A stretch of DNA of 64,000 nt, taken from contig CAVWPA010000003.1 in the NCBI GenBank assembly GCA_963756875.1, positions 1,184,001-1,248,000 on the forward strand, written 5' to 3'. A model generated the notes under the pieces. That model was not told the origin of the DNA. It saw only the letters and a program-made list of their open reading frames with translations, and made no database searches. The first letter of the stretch is position 1, and every line of letters starts with the position of its first letter. Shown here one piece after another: positions 29,040 to 38,327 of this stretch. The position numbers and the translations under genes were made by a program. Source of the stretch: an uncultured Verrucomicrobiae bacterium (GTDB lineage: Bacteria; Verrucomicrobiota; Verrucomicrobiia; Chthoniobacterales; UBA10450).

Positions 29040-29843
29040 ATGAGCCGCACCAGCATCATCGCGCTGCTGATCTTCGGCGCCATTCTGGGTTATTTCCTCA
29101 GTTTCGGCGCCGGAACGACGCGCAAATTTCAAGCCAGCGTTTACCAACTGCTCGCTCCATTCTTTACGACCGGCTCCGGGTTGCAGAAACAAATTACCTC
29201 CGTCCGCAGCGGGTTGAAGTCGCTCGACGAGCTGGAGCGCGAGAACTCCGGGCTGCGCGTGGAAAACCGGGAACTGCGCGCGACCAATCACGCCTTGCGC
29301 GATGTTGAACATGAAGTGAACCGTCTCAGAGTTGCGCTCAAATATCGGGAGCGTTCGGTTTTCAAACTGGTGCCGGCGGAGATTCTGACGCGTGATTCGT
29401 CCACCTGGTGGCATACCGTCACGATCAATCGCGGCAAGGAAGACGATATCAAAACAGACATGCCCGTCGTGACCGACGAAGGTTTGGTCGGAAAAACGAC
29501 CACGGTGAGTGACACCATCTCCGTGGTACTTTTGATCACCGATGAGAATTGCAAAGTAGCGGCGACGGTCGAAGGAACGCGCGAGCAGGGAATCGTTTCG
29601 GGAGAACGCGTGTCGGGCGGCGTGAGCCCGCTGCTAAATCTCAACTTTCTCTCCAAACAGGCGAACTTGAAGCCGGGTCAAAAGGTTTATACCTCCGGCG
29701 TCGGCGGTGTGTTTCCCTCGGGTTTGCTGGTCGGCACCGTGAAAAGCTTTCATGTCCGGGAACTGGACGGGCAGGCAACGCTGGTGCCGGGGGTTGAATT
29801 ATCGCACTTGGAGGACGTCTTTGTCGTAACAGGCCGGAAATGA
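29040..29843 (+). CDS. mreC: Rod shape-determining protein MreC
   Basis: TM helix plus coiled coil, INRG, GLVG, VLLITD and TSGVGGVFPSGL; operon position. Confidence 0.93.
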   Translation: MSRTSIIALLIFGAILGYFLSFGAGTTRKFQASVYQLLAPFFTTGSGLQKQITSVRSGLKSLDELERENSGLRVENRELRATNHALRDVEHEVNRLRVALKYRERSVFKLVPAEILTRDSSTWWHTVTINRGKEDDIKTDMPVVTDEGLVGKTTTVSDTISVVLLITDENCKVAATVEGTREQGIVSGERVSGGVSPLLNLNFLSKQANLKPGQKVYTSGVGGVFPSGLLVGTVKSFHVRELDGQATLVPGVELSHLEDVFVVTGRK

Positions 29844-30382
29844 TTTTCTTTTTTATTTTGCTGGCGCTGGTGGTGATTGCGCAGGTGGCGGAATTTTACA
29901 TCCCGCCAATCGAGTGGATGTGCAACGCTCACATTTATATCGCGCCGGTGATCGTTTTTTACGGGGCAATGGCATTGCCGTTTCCCCTGATGCTGGCGCT
30001 GGCCCTGTTCGCCGGGATGCTGCTCGACGCCCTCACTGTACAGGTGATCGGGACGAAGGTTGAAATCTCGATGGGATGGTCGATACTTCTCTACGCTGTG
30101 CTGGCGGGAATCATGCATGGCCTTAGGCCACTGTTCGTTCGCGGTCGCTGGGAAGTGCATTGCATTTTGAGCGGCGTCTGCACTTCTACGATTATTTTGG
30201 CGCAATACCTCATGATTACATTTCGGCGCGGATCGGTTGTGTTTAACCGTGAAGTCTGGTGGCAGATCGGCGGACCGGGGTTGATCGCCATGCTGATGGC
30301 GCCGGTGATCTTTTGGTCGCTTCAGTGGGTGGCGCGAATCACGCGGTATCCATACTTGCCGGAGAGGAGCGCTTTCGAATGA
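29840..30382 (+). CDS. mreD: MreD-like membrane protein
   Basis: About five TM helices and AGMLLDAL; lies between mreC and mrdA with ATGA overlaps. Confidence 0.75.
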   Translation: MIFFFILLALVVIAQVAEFYIPPIEWMCNAHIYIAPVIVFYGAMALPFPLMLALALFAGMLLDALTVQVIGTKVEISMGWSILLYAVLAGIMHGLRPLFVRGRWEVHCILSGVCTSTIILAQYLMITFRRGSVVFNREVWWQIGGPGLIAMLMAPVIFWSLQWVARITRYPYLPERSAFE

Positions 30383-32637
30383 ACCGGCGCCGCCTCAGCC
30401 CGCGATTACGAATCCAGTTTCTCGGGTTTCTCATGCTCCTGGGAATGGGCGCGCTGGGTCTGCGGCTTTGGTGGATACAGGTCGCGCACGGCGCGGAGTG
30501 GACCGCACAGATTCGCGGCAGCTCGCAAGCTACCGTGCGCCTGCCCTCGGTTCGCGGGGAGATTCGCGACCGCAACGGCCTGGCCCTGGTACAGAATCGG
30601 GCGAGCTACGAGGTGGATTTTTACCTCCCGGAAATGGTGAAGGGCTATCGGGAACGCTTCGGTTCGCCTCCGCTGGCGGAGCATCGTGCCATCATTAACG
30701 GCATGCCGAAGGACGTGAAGGAGCCGGACATCATCAAGATCGTGAACACGGGCGTTGTGCCACGCCTGGATGATCTGGATTTGGCGCGGGACTACAACGC
30801 GACGCAATTGCGGCGCCATTATCGTAACGACACCGAGGTGCCCTATTCCTATATCAAGGACATCGATTTTCCCACGATGGCGAAGTTTTCCGAGCACGAC
30901 GTCGGGTTGCCGGGAGTAGACATCGCGGTGAAACCGGTGCGGTCGTACGTTTACGGCGCACTGGCCTCGCACATGTTGGGCTATGTCGGCGCGCCCGACG
31001 ATATCAATAAAGAGGAAGCGCGGAAGTACACATTTTATCAGGGCGACGTGGAGGGGAAATCGAACATCGAGAAATCGATGGATGATTACCTGCGTGGCAA
31101 GCCGGGCGTGCGTTATTTGCGACGCAATGCCAAGGGCGTCATCGACGGAGTTCTGCGGGAGGTTCCTCCACAACAGGGGGCGAATGTCTATCTCACCATC
31201 GATGCGCGCATTCAGTCGATTGCCGAGGAAGCGTTGCGTGCAATCGGCCGCGGTGCGGCGGTTGTGGTCGATCCAAACAACGGCGCCGTTCTGGCGATGG
31301 TGTCCGCGCCGTCGTTCGACCCGAACAAATTTATCCCGAGCATCAAAGCGAAAGACTGGAAGGAGCTGCGAAAGGATGAGGCGGACCCCTTGGTCAATCG
31401 CGCGGTGAGCGCATTTCCGCCCGGTTCAACGTTCAAACTCGTGACCGCTCTCGCCGGCGTGCGAAAGGGCCTCGCAAAAGCGAAATTTACCTGCACCGGT
31501 GGCGTCAGCTACGGCGACCATTATTTTCACTGTTGGATTGCGGCGAAAGGCGGCCAGCATGGCACCCTTACTCTGACGGATGCGATCAAAGTTTCCTGCG
31601 ACGCGTATTTCTATCAATATGGCAATGCTGCCGGCATCGCATCGGTCGACGAGACCGGCAAGATGTTGGGGCTCGGTGAGGAGACGGGCATTCGTCTGAC
31701 CAGCGAGCAAGCCGGCGTTTTACCCGGACCCGAATGGCTCCAGGTGCATCATCCCCAGGAACGCTGGTCGCAGGCCTACACTGCCAACGTGTCGATCGGC
31801 CAGGGCTACGTCCTGGTCACCCCGCTACAGCTTGCCATGGCGTACGTCGCGATTGCCAATGGCGGCGTCTGCTACTATCCGCGGCTGGTCGCCAAAGTTC
31901 TGAATCAGAATGGAACGCCTCTCCTTGACCAACACGGAAAACCGGTCCTGTCGGATACGCCGAGGATTCGTTCCGATTTGCGGAACGATTTTACGCCTGA
32001 AGAAATCGAGCTTGTTCGGAAAGGGCTCTGGGAAGTTGTCAATGAAGATGGCGGCACGGGTGGCCGCGTCCGCATGAAAGACGTGCAGGTCGCTGGCAAA
32101 ACCGGCACGGCGCAGGCTTCGGATCACGGGCATGATGCAAATATCGGGTGGTTTGCGTGTTTTGCGCCGTTCGATCATCCGAAATATGTGGTCGTGGTGA
32201 TGGTGGAGGCCGGACAGGGCGGGGGACACGGCGGCAGTGTCGCAGGCCCGATCGCGGCCCGTATCCTCCAGAGGACGCTGGCGATGGACGACGGAAAGTT
32301 CGACATGCCGGTGGCGTGGCTGGCGCCGGCGCACAAGGCCAATCCATTCCAAACGATTAAAGAAGTCGACTACGGTACCGGTGGCAATCTCAATACGGAC
32401 GAAGAGAATGCCGATAATTCGCAAAACGCGGACGCTCAAATGGCGAGCGCGGGCGGTGCGCCGGATGTCGAGCCCGAGGCGGATGCCCAGGGCCGAGTTT
32501 CAAAACGGGCTCACGTCGCACGGGCCGTTCCGGTCGCGACGCCGCGTCCTCGTAACTTTTTCGAACGGCTTTTTGGAGTACGGCACGAACCGACTCCGCA
32601 ACCCACCCGGCCACCACGCCGGGGCAGACCGAGATGA
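30379..32637 (+). CDS. mrdA: Penicillin-binding protein 2
   Basis: RGEIRDRNG, PPGSTFK (SxxK), SCD (SxD) and KTGTAQ motifs. Confidence 0.92.
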   Translation: MNRRRLSPRLRIQFLGFLMLLGMGALGLRLWWIQVAHGAEWTAQIRGSSQATVRLPSVRGEIRDRNGLALVQNRASYEVDFYLPEMVKGYRERFGSPPLAEHRAIINGMPKDVKEPDIIKIVNTGVVPRLDDLDLARDYNATQLRRHYRNDTEVPYSYIKDIDFPTMAKFSEHDVGLPGVDIAVKPVRSYVYGALASHMLGYVGAPDDINKEEARKYTFYQGDVEGKSNIEKSMDDYLRGKPGVRYLRRNAKGVIDGVLREVPPQQGANVYLTIDARIQSIAEEALRAIGRGAAVVVDPNNGAVLAMVSAPSFDPNKFIPSIKAKDWKELRKDEADPLVNRAVSAFPPGSTFKLVTALAGVRKGLAKAKFTCTGGVSYGDHYFHCWIAAKGGQHGTLTLTDAIKVSCDAYFYQYGNAAGIASVDETGKMLGLGEETGIRLTSEQAGVLPGPEWLQVHHPQERWSQAYTANVSIGQGYVLVTPLQLAMAYVAIANGGVCYYPRLVAKVLNQNGTPLLDQHGKPVLSDTPRIRSDLRNDFTPEEIELVRKGLWEVVNEDGGTGGRVRMKDVQVAGKTGTAQASDHGHDANIGWFACFAPFDHPKYVVVVMVEAGQGGGHGGSVAGPIAARILQRTLAMDDGKFDMPVAWLAPAHKANPFQTIKEVDYGTGGNLNTDEENADNSQNADAQMASAGGAPDVEPEADAQGRVSKRAHVARAVPVATPRPRNFFERLFGVRHEPTPQPTRPPRRGRPR

Positions 32638-32712
32638 ATTATCAACCGTGTTTAGTAACGAGTGGGACGAGCAGCATGGCTGACTTCCGGCTCATTCCAA
32701 TTCTTCAAGTTT

Positions 32713-34284
32713 ATGTTAGACAAAGTAAAAAAATTTCTTCGCCTTCCTCCACGCAAGACCGACAACAAGCTCGTTTTGAGCGTCGAAAAACTCGAGCGCC
32801 GGGTTGCCTTACTCGAGAACGGCCAGCTCGAAGAATATAGCGTCGAGCGGAGCGGCTCGCGCAACATCGTCGGCAGCGTTTACAAGGGCCGGGTCAAGAA
32901 CATCGAGATGGGCCTGAAGGCGATGTTTGTCGACATCGGCCTGGAAAAGAACGCCTTTCTGCATTTTTGGGACGCACTTCCGGCAGCGCTGGACAGCGGT
33001 ATCGAAGAAATCGACCGGCCATCGAAGAAGCAGCGCAAACGAATAACGGCCAAGGATATTCCTAACATCTACCCGGTCGGCTCGGAAGTCATTGTCCAGG
33101 TCACGAAGGGCCCGATCGGAACGAAAGGTCCGCGGGTCACGACGAATCTGAGCTTTGCGGGTCGTTATCTCGTCTTAATGCCGTTCAGCGACCGCAGCGG
33201 CATTTCCCGGAAAATCGAGAACCCGAGAGAGCGCGACCGGTTGCGAAAAATCCTGCGCGAGCTCGATATTCCCGACGGTATCGGCGTAATTATTCGTACG
33301 GTTGGGGAAGGACAGCGCGCGCGCTATTTTGTGCGCGATCTCCGTTTTCTCATCGACCAATGGGCCAAGGTGGAACAACTGATCCGCGATCAACCAGCGC
33401 CGAGCTGCGTTTTTGAGGAACCGGATTTGGTCGAGCGCACCGTGCGAGATTTCTTGACGGAAGAAATCGACGAGGTGCTATGCGACGATCGCGCATCGCT
33501 GGAGCGCATGCGCGAACTGGTGGGCCATATTTCGCGGCGCGCAGGCAAGCGCATGAAGTTCTACGAAAGTGCCACGCCTATTTTTGAAGCACTCGGTATC
33601 CAGAAGCAGATCGACGATGCATTTCATCGGCAGGTCTGGCTCAGATGCGGAGGGTACATTGTGATCGATGAGACGGAGGCGCTGGTGGCGATCGACGTGA
33701 ATACGGGAAGGAACAAGGGCGGACGGGACGTCGAGAAAACGATTTTGCAAACAAATCTGGAGGCAGCCGACGAGATCGCGCGGCAGCTGCGCCTGCGCAA
33801 TATCGGCGGGCTGATTATCGGCGACTTTATCGACATGAAGAGCCGGAAAGATCAGCAAATGGTTTACAGCTTGATGAAGGAACGGCTCAAGCGCGACAAG
33901 GCCAAGACACACGTTCTGCCGATCTCTCAGCTCGGCTTGATGGAAATGACGCGCCAGCGCGCGCAAGAGAGCCTGAGCGACACGATTTACGAAAACTGCC
34001 CCTACTGCGGCGGTCGTGGCATTGTGAAAACTTCCATGACTACGAGTGTCGAACTGCATCGCACGCTCAATACGGTCATGCGCAAGTATGAGGACAGCGT
34101 GCACGATTTCCGCGTTATCTTGAATCCGGACGTGCTCAAACGGCTAAAGGAAGAAGACGAGGAATTGCTCATCGAACTGGAGCGGCGCTACGCGAGCAGG
34201 CTCATGTTTCGCGGCGACCCGGGCTATCATCACGAGAAATTTGTCATTACCGATGCAAATACAGGGGCCGAGTTGAAGCCGTAA
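32713..34284 (+). CDS. rng: Ribonuclease E/G family
   Basis: S1 domain (YKGRV..AMFVDIG), KGPRVTT, AIDVNTG, RQLRLRNIGG..DFIDM and CPYC. Confidence 0.9.
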   Translation: MLDKVKKFLRLPPRKTDNKLVLSVEKLERRVALLENGQLEEYSVERSGSRNIVGSVYKGRVKNIEMGLKAMFVDIGLEKNAFLHFWDALPAALDSGIEEIDRPSKKQRKRITAKDIPNIYPVGSEVIVQVTKGPIGTKGPRVTTNLSFAGRYLVLMPFSDRSGISRKIENPRERDRLRKILRELDIPDGIGVIIRTVGEGQRARYFVRDLRFLIDQWAKVEQLIRDQPAPSCVFEEPDLVERTVRDFLTEEIDEVLCDDRASLERMRELVGHISRRAGKRMKFYESATPIFEALGIQKQIDDAFHRQVWLRCGGYIVIDETEALVAIDVNTGRNKGGRDVEKTILQTNLEAADEIARQLRLRNIGGLIIGDFIDMKSRKDQQMVYSLMKERLKRDKAKTHVLPISQLGLMEMTRQRAQESLSDTIYENCPYCGGRGIVKTSMTTSVELHRTLNTVMRKYEDSVHDFRVILNPDVLKRLKEEDEELLIELERRYASRLMFRGDPGYHHEKFVITDANTGAELKP

Positions 34285-34502
34285 TTCAAAATATGAGCGG
34301 GATTTGTTAGTCAGAGATGTTAGTCCATCGAGCCGCTAAGGAAGACTGTGCGACGAAATCCGACATAAATTTCTCTTGCATCCTATCGATATCTGGCGAA
34401 TCCACTTCGGTGCGGGAATTCGTATCTTTCTAAGGGCGTTATTAGGCTTCCCTGAGGAGTGCGAAAACATGTTAAATTAACGATAAGGAAAAGAGAAATA
34501 GT

Positions 34503-35231
34503 ATGAAGAAATTGGTATTGAGCTTGTTCGCAATGGGTGCGTTGGCCGCGGTGGCTTTCGCAGGGACGGAGAGTTATTCGGGCAAGGAAATGAAACAGGT
34601 GGCTCCGATGCCGCCACCGTGTCCGCAATGGTTTGCCGATAACGAATGGGACATCAGCCTCTGGGGCACGTACGCGTTTACTGGAACCGAGAGCAATCGG
34701 ACCGATGCGGAATACACGGAAGACCGTCGCATCTATGGCACCTACGACCGGTTCCTGGGCGACGATCATGCCTGGGGCGGCGGTGTTGATGCGAAATACT
34801 TTTTCCGTCGCTACTTTGGCGTCGGCATCGAGGGCTTCGCTTTGGACGGCAAGGGAAGCCACATCACCGCGGAAGAGAACCCTATTGACGAGCATGCGTC
34901 CCCACGTGATCACACAGTCGGCGCCGTTCTGGGCACACTGACTCTGCGATATCCGATTCCTTGCACGCGCTTTGCGCCGTATATCTGGGCGGGTGGTGGC
35001 GGTATTTTCGGTGGCAGGAATGACCGGCCGACGGTGGAACTTGTCAATAATGAGCCCTTCTTCACCGTGAAGGACCAAAGCGAGACCCGTGGTATTGGGC
35101 AATTTGGAGGCGGCATGGAAGTCCGCATTACTCCGCACATCGGCTGGATCAGCGACTTCAGCTGGAACGTCGTGGATGGGCCGCATAACAATTTCGGAAT
35201 GGCCCGGACCGGGATTAATTTCGCATTCTAA
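34503..35231 (+). CDS. Outer-membrane beta-barrel protein
   Basis: Signal peptide, YSGKEMKQVAP linker, amphipathic beta-strands and C-terminal GINFAF (BAM-type terminal Phe). Confidence 0.8.
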   Translation: MKKLVLSLFAMGALAAVAFAGTESYSGKEMKQVAPMPPPCPQWFADNEWDISLWGTYAFTGTESNRTDAEYTEDRRIYGTYDRFLGDDHAWGGGVDAKYFFRRYFGVGIEGFALDGKGSHITAEENPIDEHASPRDHTVGAVLGTLTLRYPIPCTRFAPYIWAGGGGIFGGRNDRPTVELVNNEPFFTVKDQSETRGIGQFGGGMEVRITPHIGWISDFSWNVVDGPHNNFGMARTGINFAF

Positions 35232-35252
35232 GATCGGTTTCTGTATTTAAAC

Positions 35253-35297
35253 GAAACGCCGGAACGCCTGGTGCGCGTTTCCGGCGTTTTTCTTTTA
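35253..35297 (+). terminator. Intrinsic terminator
   Basis: AAACGCCGGAACGC...GCGTTTCCGGCGTTT stem followed by TTCTTTT. Confidence 0.75.
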
Positions 35298-35410
35298 TCC
35301 CGGTCTGGCTCCTCTTCCGCGATGGAAGGAATTGCGTTGCGTAATGGCCGATCATTCTAAAAAGCCGATTCACAATTTGCGAAGCCGTCGGTCGCGATGA
35401 CATTAACCTG

Positions 35411-36535
35411 ATGTCTTTTGCAAACGCGCTCGATAATTTGCTGCTTGAAGAATCTCCTCTGGTGCGCGGATTTGGACAGCTGATTGCGCCGAGCTCGGAT
35501 GAGGAACTCGAAGCGATGGCGCAAAAATCCCGCGCGCTAACCCTGCGAAACTTTGGCCGGACGATGCGGTTGTTTGCTCCGCTTTATCTTTCCAACGAGT
35601 GCGTCAATAATTGCCGTTACTGCGGTTTTTCGCGCGATAATCCCATTTTGCGCGTGACGCTTGGTGTCGATGAGGTGGCCGCTGAAGCGCGGTATCTCTC
35701 CCAGGCGGGGTTTCGGCAGGTCCTCCTTGTTGCCGGCGAACACCCAAAATTTGTGAGTCGCGATTATCTGGCTGACTGCGTTCGCGCTCTGGCGCCTGAC
35801 TTCGCATCGATCGCAATCGAGGTAGGTCCAATGGAAACAAAGGATTATATTCCAATTGTCGATGCCGGCGCGGAGGGACTGGTTGTTTATCAGGAGACCT
35901 ATAACCGGGCCGTTTATTCTGAGCTCCACACCGCCGGCCCCAAGCGCGATTTCGATTTTCGTCTCGATTGCGCGGAGCGTGGGTACCGGGCTGGATTCCG
36001 CCGCATTGGAATCGGCGCGCTCTTTGGGCTGTGGCGCTGGCAGGATGAAGCGATCGCTCTGGCTGCGCATTTGGAATATCTGTTCAAGCGCTGCTGGCAG
36101 GCCCAAATCAGCGTGAGCCTGCCGAGATTGCGCCCGGCTGCCGGCGGATTCAGACCGCCGTTTTCAATGAGCGACCGGGAACTGGCGCAACTGGTTTGCG
36201 CGTTGCGTATCACGTTCCCCCAAGTGGGAATTGTCCTGAGTACGCGCGAAGGTCCGGCTTTGCGCGATTCGCTCATTCCATTAGGCGTGACCATGATGAG
36301 CGCCGGAAGCCATACGGAACCGGGCGGCTACACGCGCCAGGGGGGCGAACATTTGCATCGGACAACGCGTGGCCGAATCGTCCCGCCCGATTTTGAGGAC
36401 GGAGAAGACCAACTCGCTACGGGACAGTTCGAAATCAGTGATGAACGCTCCCCGTCCGAAATCGCAAATCTGTTGCGTCGCCACGGACTTGAGCCGGTTT
36501 GGAAGGACTGGGACCAGGCTCTTTGCGGCGTATGA
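35411..36535 (+). CDS. thiH: 2-iminoacetate synthase (radical SAM)
   Basis: LFAPLYLSNECVNNCRYCGFS, YQETY, SLPRLRP, LSTRE and GQFEISDER motifs; adjacent to thiS. Confidence 0.93.
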   Translation: MSFANALDNLLLEESPLVRGFGQLIAPSSDEELEAMAQKSRALTLRNFGRTMRLFAPLYLSNECVNNCRYCGFSRDNPILRVTLGVDEVAAEARYLSQAGFRQVLLVAGEHPKFVSRDYLADCVRALAPDFASIAIEVGPMETKDYIPIVDAGAEGLVVYQETYNRAVYSELHTAGPKRDFDFRLDCAERGYRAGFRRIGIGALFGLWRWQDEAIALAAHLEYLFKRCWQAQISVSLPRLRPAAGGFRPPFSMSDRELAQLVCALRITFPQVGIVLSTREGPALRDSLIPLGVTMMSAGSHTEPGGYTRQGGEHLHRTTRGRIVPPDFEDGEDQLATGQFEISDERSPSEIANLLRRHGLEPVWKDWDQALCGV

Positions 36536-36732
36536 CGCTTTCTCTCAATGGCGAAAAGACCGACGCGCGTGGCGCGAAAACGGTCGCCGAATTGATGGAA
36601 CGATACGAACTGCCGCCACAGACAATTCTGGTAGAACATAATGGCCTTGCATTGCATCGGCATGAATGGCCGCAGCGAACATTGAGTGAAGGCGACCGAA
36701 TCGAATTAGTCCGGGTCGTGGCCGGCGGCTAG
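36532..36732 (+). CDS. thiS: Sulfur carrier protein ThiS
   Basis: LNGE...VEHNG...L.EGDRIE.V..VAGG with a C-terminal GG. Confidence 0.93.
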   Translation: MTLSLNGEKTDARGAKTVAELMERYELPPQTILVEHNGLALHRHEWPQRTLSEGDRIELVRVVAGG

Positions 36733-36749
36733 AAAGCCCGCCGCTCCTT

Positions 36750-38177
36750 TTAAACGCTCGCTTTTACGACGACGCGCATCCCGTCGGTTTGCACGACTGT
36801 GATTGGCGTACCGGGCGCTACGAATTCTCCCTCCGTTACCACATCAACGATATGGCCGGTAAAGCGGGCCTTGCCGCTCGGTCGCAACATGGACAGCGAA
36901 ACGCCCTGCATTCCCGGTGATAAATGGAGAGGCGTTACGAATTCGCGAGGCGCTCCGGCCAGCGAGGGTCCGGGTGGATTGGAAGTCGTGAGAGCAAAAC
37001 GCCGGTAAAAACTCGTGCGCGGCAAGTAGCGGGCCAACACGACGATTAGGATTGCGGCGCAGACGATCGCCAGAAGAAGATTCAACAGCGGGATCGCGAG
37101 CATCCGGCCCGTCGGAAAGAATGTTTCACCCGGATACCGATCGATCATAGCCCAGAGGAGAGAGGCCAGCATAAGGAAGACGCCGACTACGCCGAAGACG
37201 ATCGTGGAATGAGCGAAAAACAGAATTTCGATCAAGACCAAAACCAGACCCAGGACAAAGAGGCCGACCACTTCCCAACCGGCAAGGCCAGCCAGGTAAT
37301 GGCCGAGGAAAAAAAACGCGAAGCAAATCGCAGAAATCACCCCTGGCAATGTGGCCCCCGGAATTTTGAACTCAAGATACGCGCCGATGATGCCGCCAAG
37401 CAAAAGCAAGGGTGCCAGCTCGGTGATCCAAAACGCCAGCTTCTCAAAGCCTGTCGGATCAAGCGTAACGGCTCTTCCTTTCAGCCCGGCTTTCTGCATG
37501 AGATCCGGTATCGAATCAGCGATGCCGTCGGCCAGCAGCGGTTTGCCATTAATTTTCTCGGTTGCCTCCTGTGCGTTGAGGGTGAGCACGGTTCCTTTCG
37601 GGTGAATCACTCGCTTCCCGATCTTGACCGCCTTGTCCTTGTTCATGAACGCCTCGCCGATATCGGGATTGTGTCCGTTTCGGATAGCTGTGCCGCGAAC
37701 AAGGGCGGACCAGTATGAGATTGTCTTCTCGCGTTCGGTTGCTGGAAGATCCTGGCCGCCCGCGAGGACGGGCGCCGCGGCGCCGATCGCGCTGACCGGC
37801 GCCATGTAAATATGCTGGGTGGCCAGCGCGATCAGCGAGCCGGCCGATCCCGCATTGGAATTGATGTACGTGTAAGTGGGAATCGTCGCGTGGTTCAGAA
37901 CGTTCGTGATATCCTCTGCGGCGTCGAGCCGTCCGCCATACGTATTCATTTCAAAGATAATCGCCGACGCTCCGTTGCTCTCCGCCTCCTTCTCGGCCCG
38001 GCGCAAAAACATAAAAAGCGAAGGCGAGATCTCGCCGCGCAACGGGACCACCACCACCTCGCCCTTATGAATGATCTCGCGTGCCTGCGCAGTTGTCGGC
38101 GTTGCGAGCAACATCGCAGCTGCGCCAAGCGCGAGGGCAAACTGGAGGGACGACCTCTCTCCGAGCCGGAGGCTCAT
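36750..38177 (-). CDS. NfeD family membrane-bound serine protease (ClpP class)
   Basis: MNTYGG, AGSAGSLIA, IGAAAP, a TM bundle and a C-terminal LRPSGKA OB domain. The start is uncertain. Confidence 0.88.
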   Translation of the reverse strand: MSLRLGERSSLQFALALGAAAMLLATPTTAQAREIIHKGEVVVVPLRGEISPSLFMFLRRAEKEAESNGASAIIFEMNTYGGRLDAAEDITNVLNHATIPTYTYINSNAGSAGSLIALATQHIYMAPVSAIGAAAPVLAGGQDLPATEREKTISYWSALVRGTAIRNGHNPDIGEAFMNKDKAVKIGKRVIHPKGTVLTLNAQEATEKINGKPLLADGIADSIPDLMQKAGLKGRAVTLDPTGFEKLAFWITELAPLLLLGGIIGAYLEFKIPGATLPGVISAICFAFFFLGHYLAGLAGWEVVGLFVLGLVLVLIEILFFAHSTIVFGVVGVFLMLASLLWAMIDRYPGETFFPTGRMLAIPLLNLLLAIVCAAILIVVLARYLPRTSFYRRFALTTSNPPGPSLAGAPREFVTPLHLSPGMQGVSLSMLRPSGKARFTGHIVDVVTEGEFVAPGTPITVVQTDGMRVVVKASV

Positions 38178-38327
38178 CCGAGCCAGAGGCCGTGTCGTCC
38201 CATTATTTTTGGGACGCACCGGAGTGCCTCTCTCCAACATCGACATTAATTTTTTCATTGTTTGGAAACCGCCGCGGCGCCGGGTAAGTTTGACATCGCT
38301 TCCCAAATCAAACGAGCGGAAAATCCA

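Noticed and set aside
35298..35410. TPP riboswitch upstream of thiH
   Set aside because: There is no CUGAGA or other TPP core motif.
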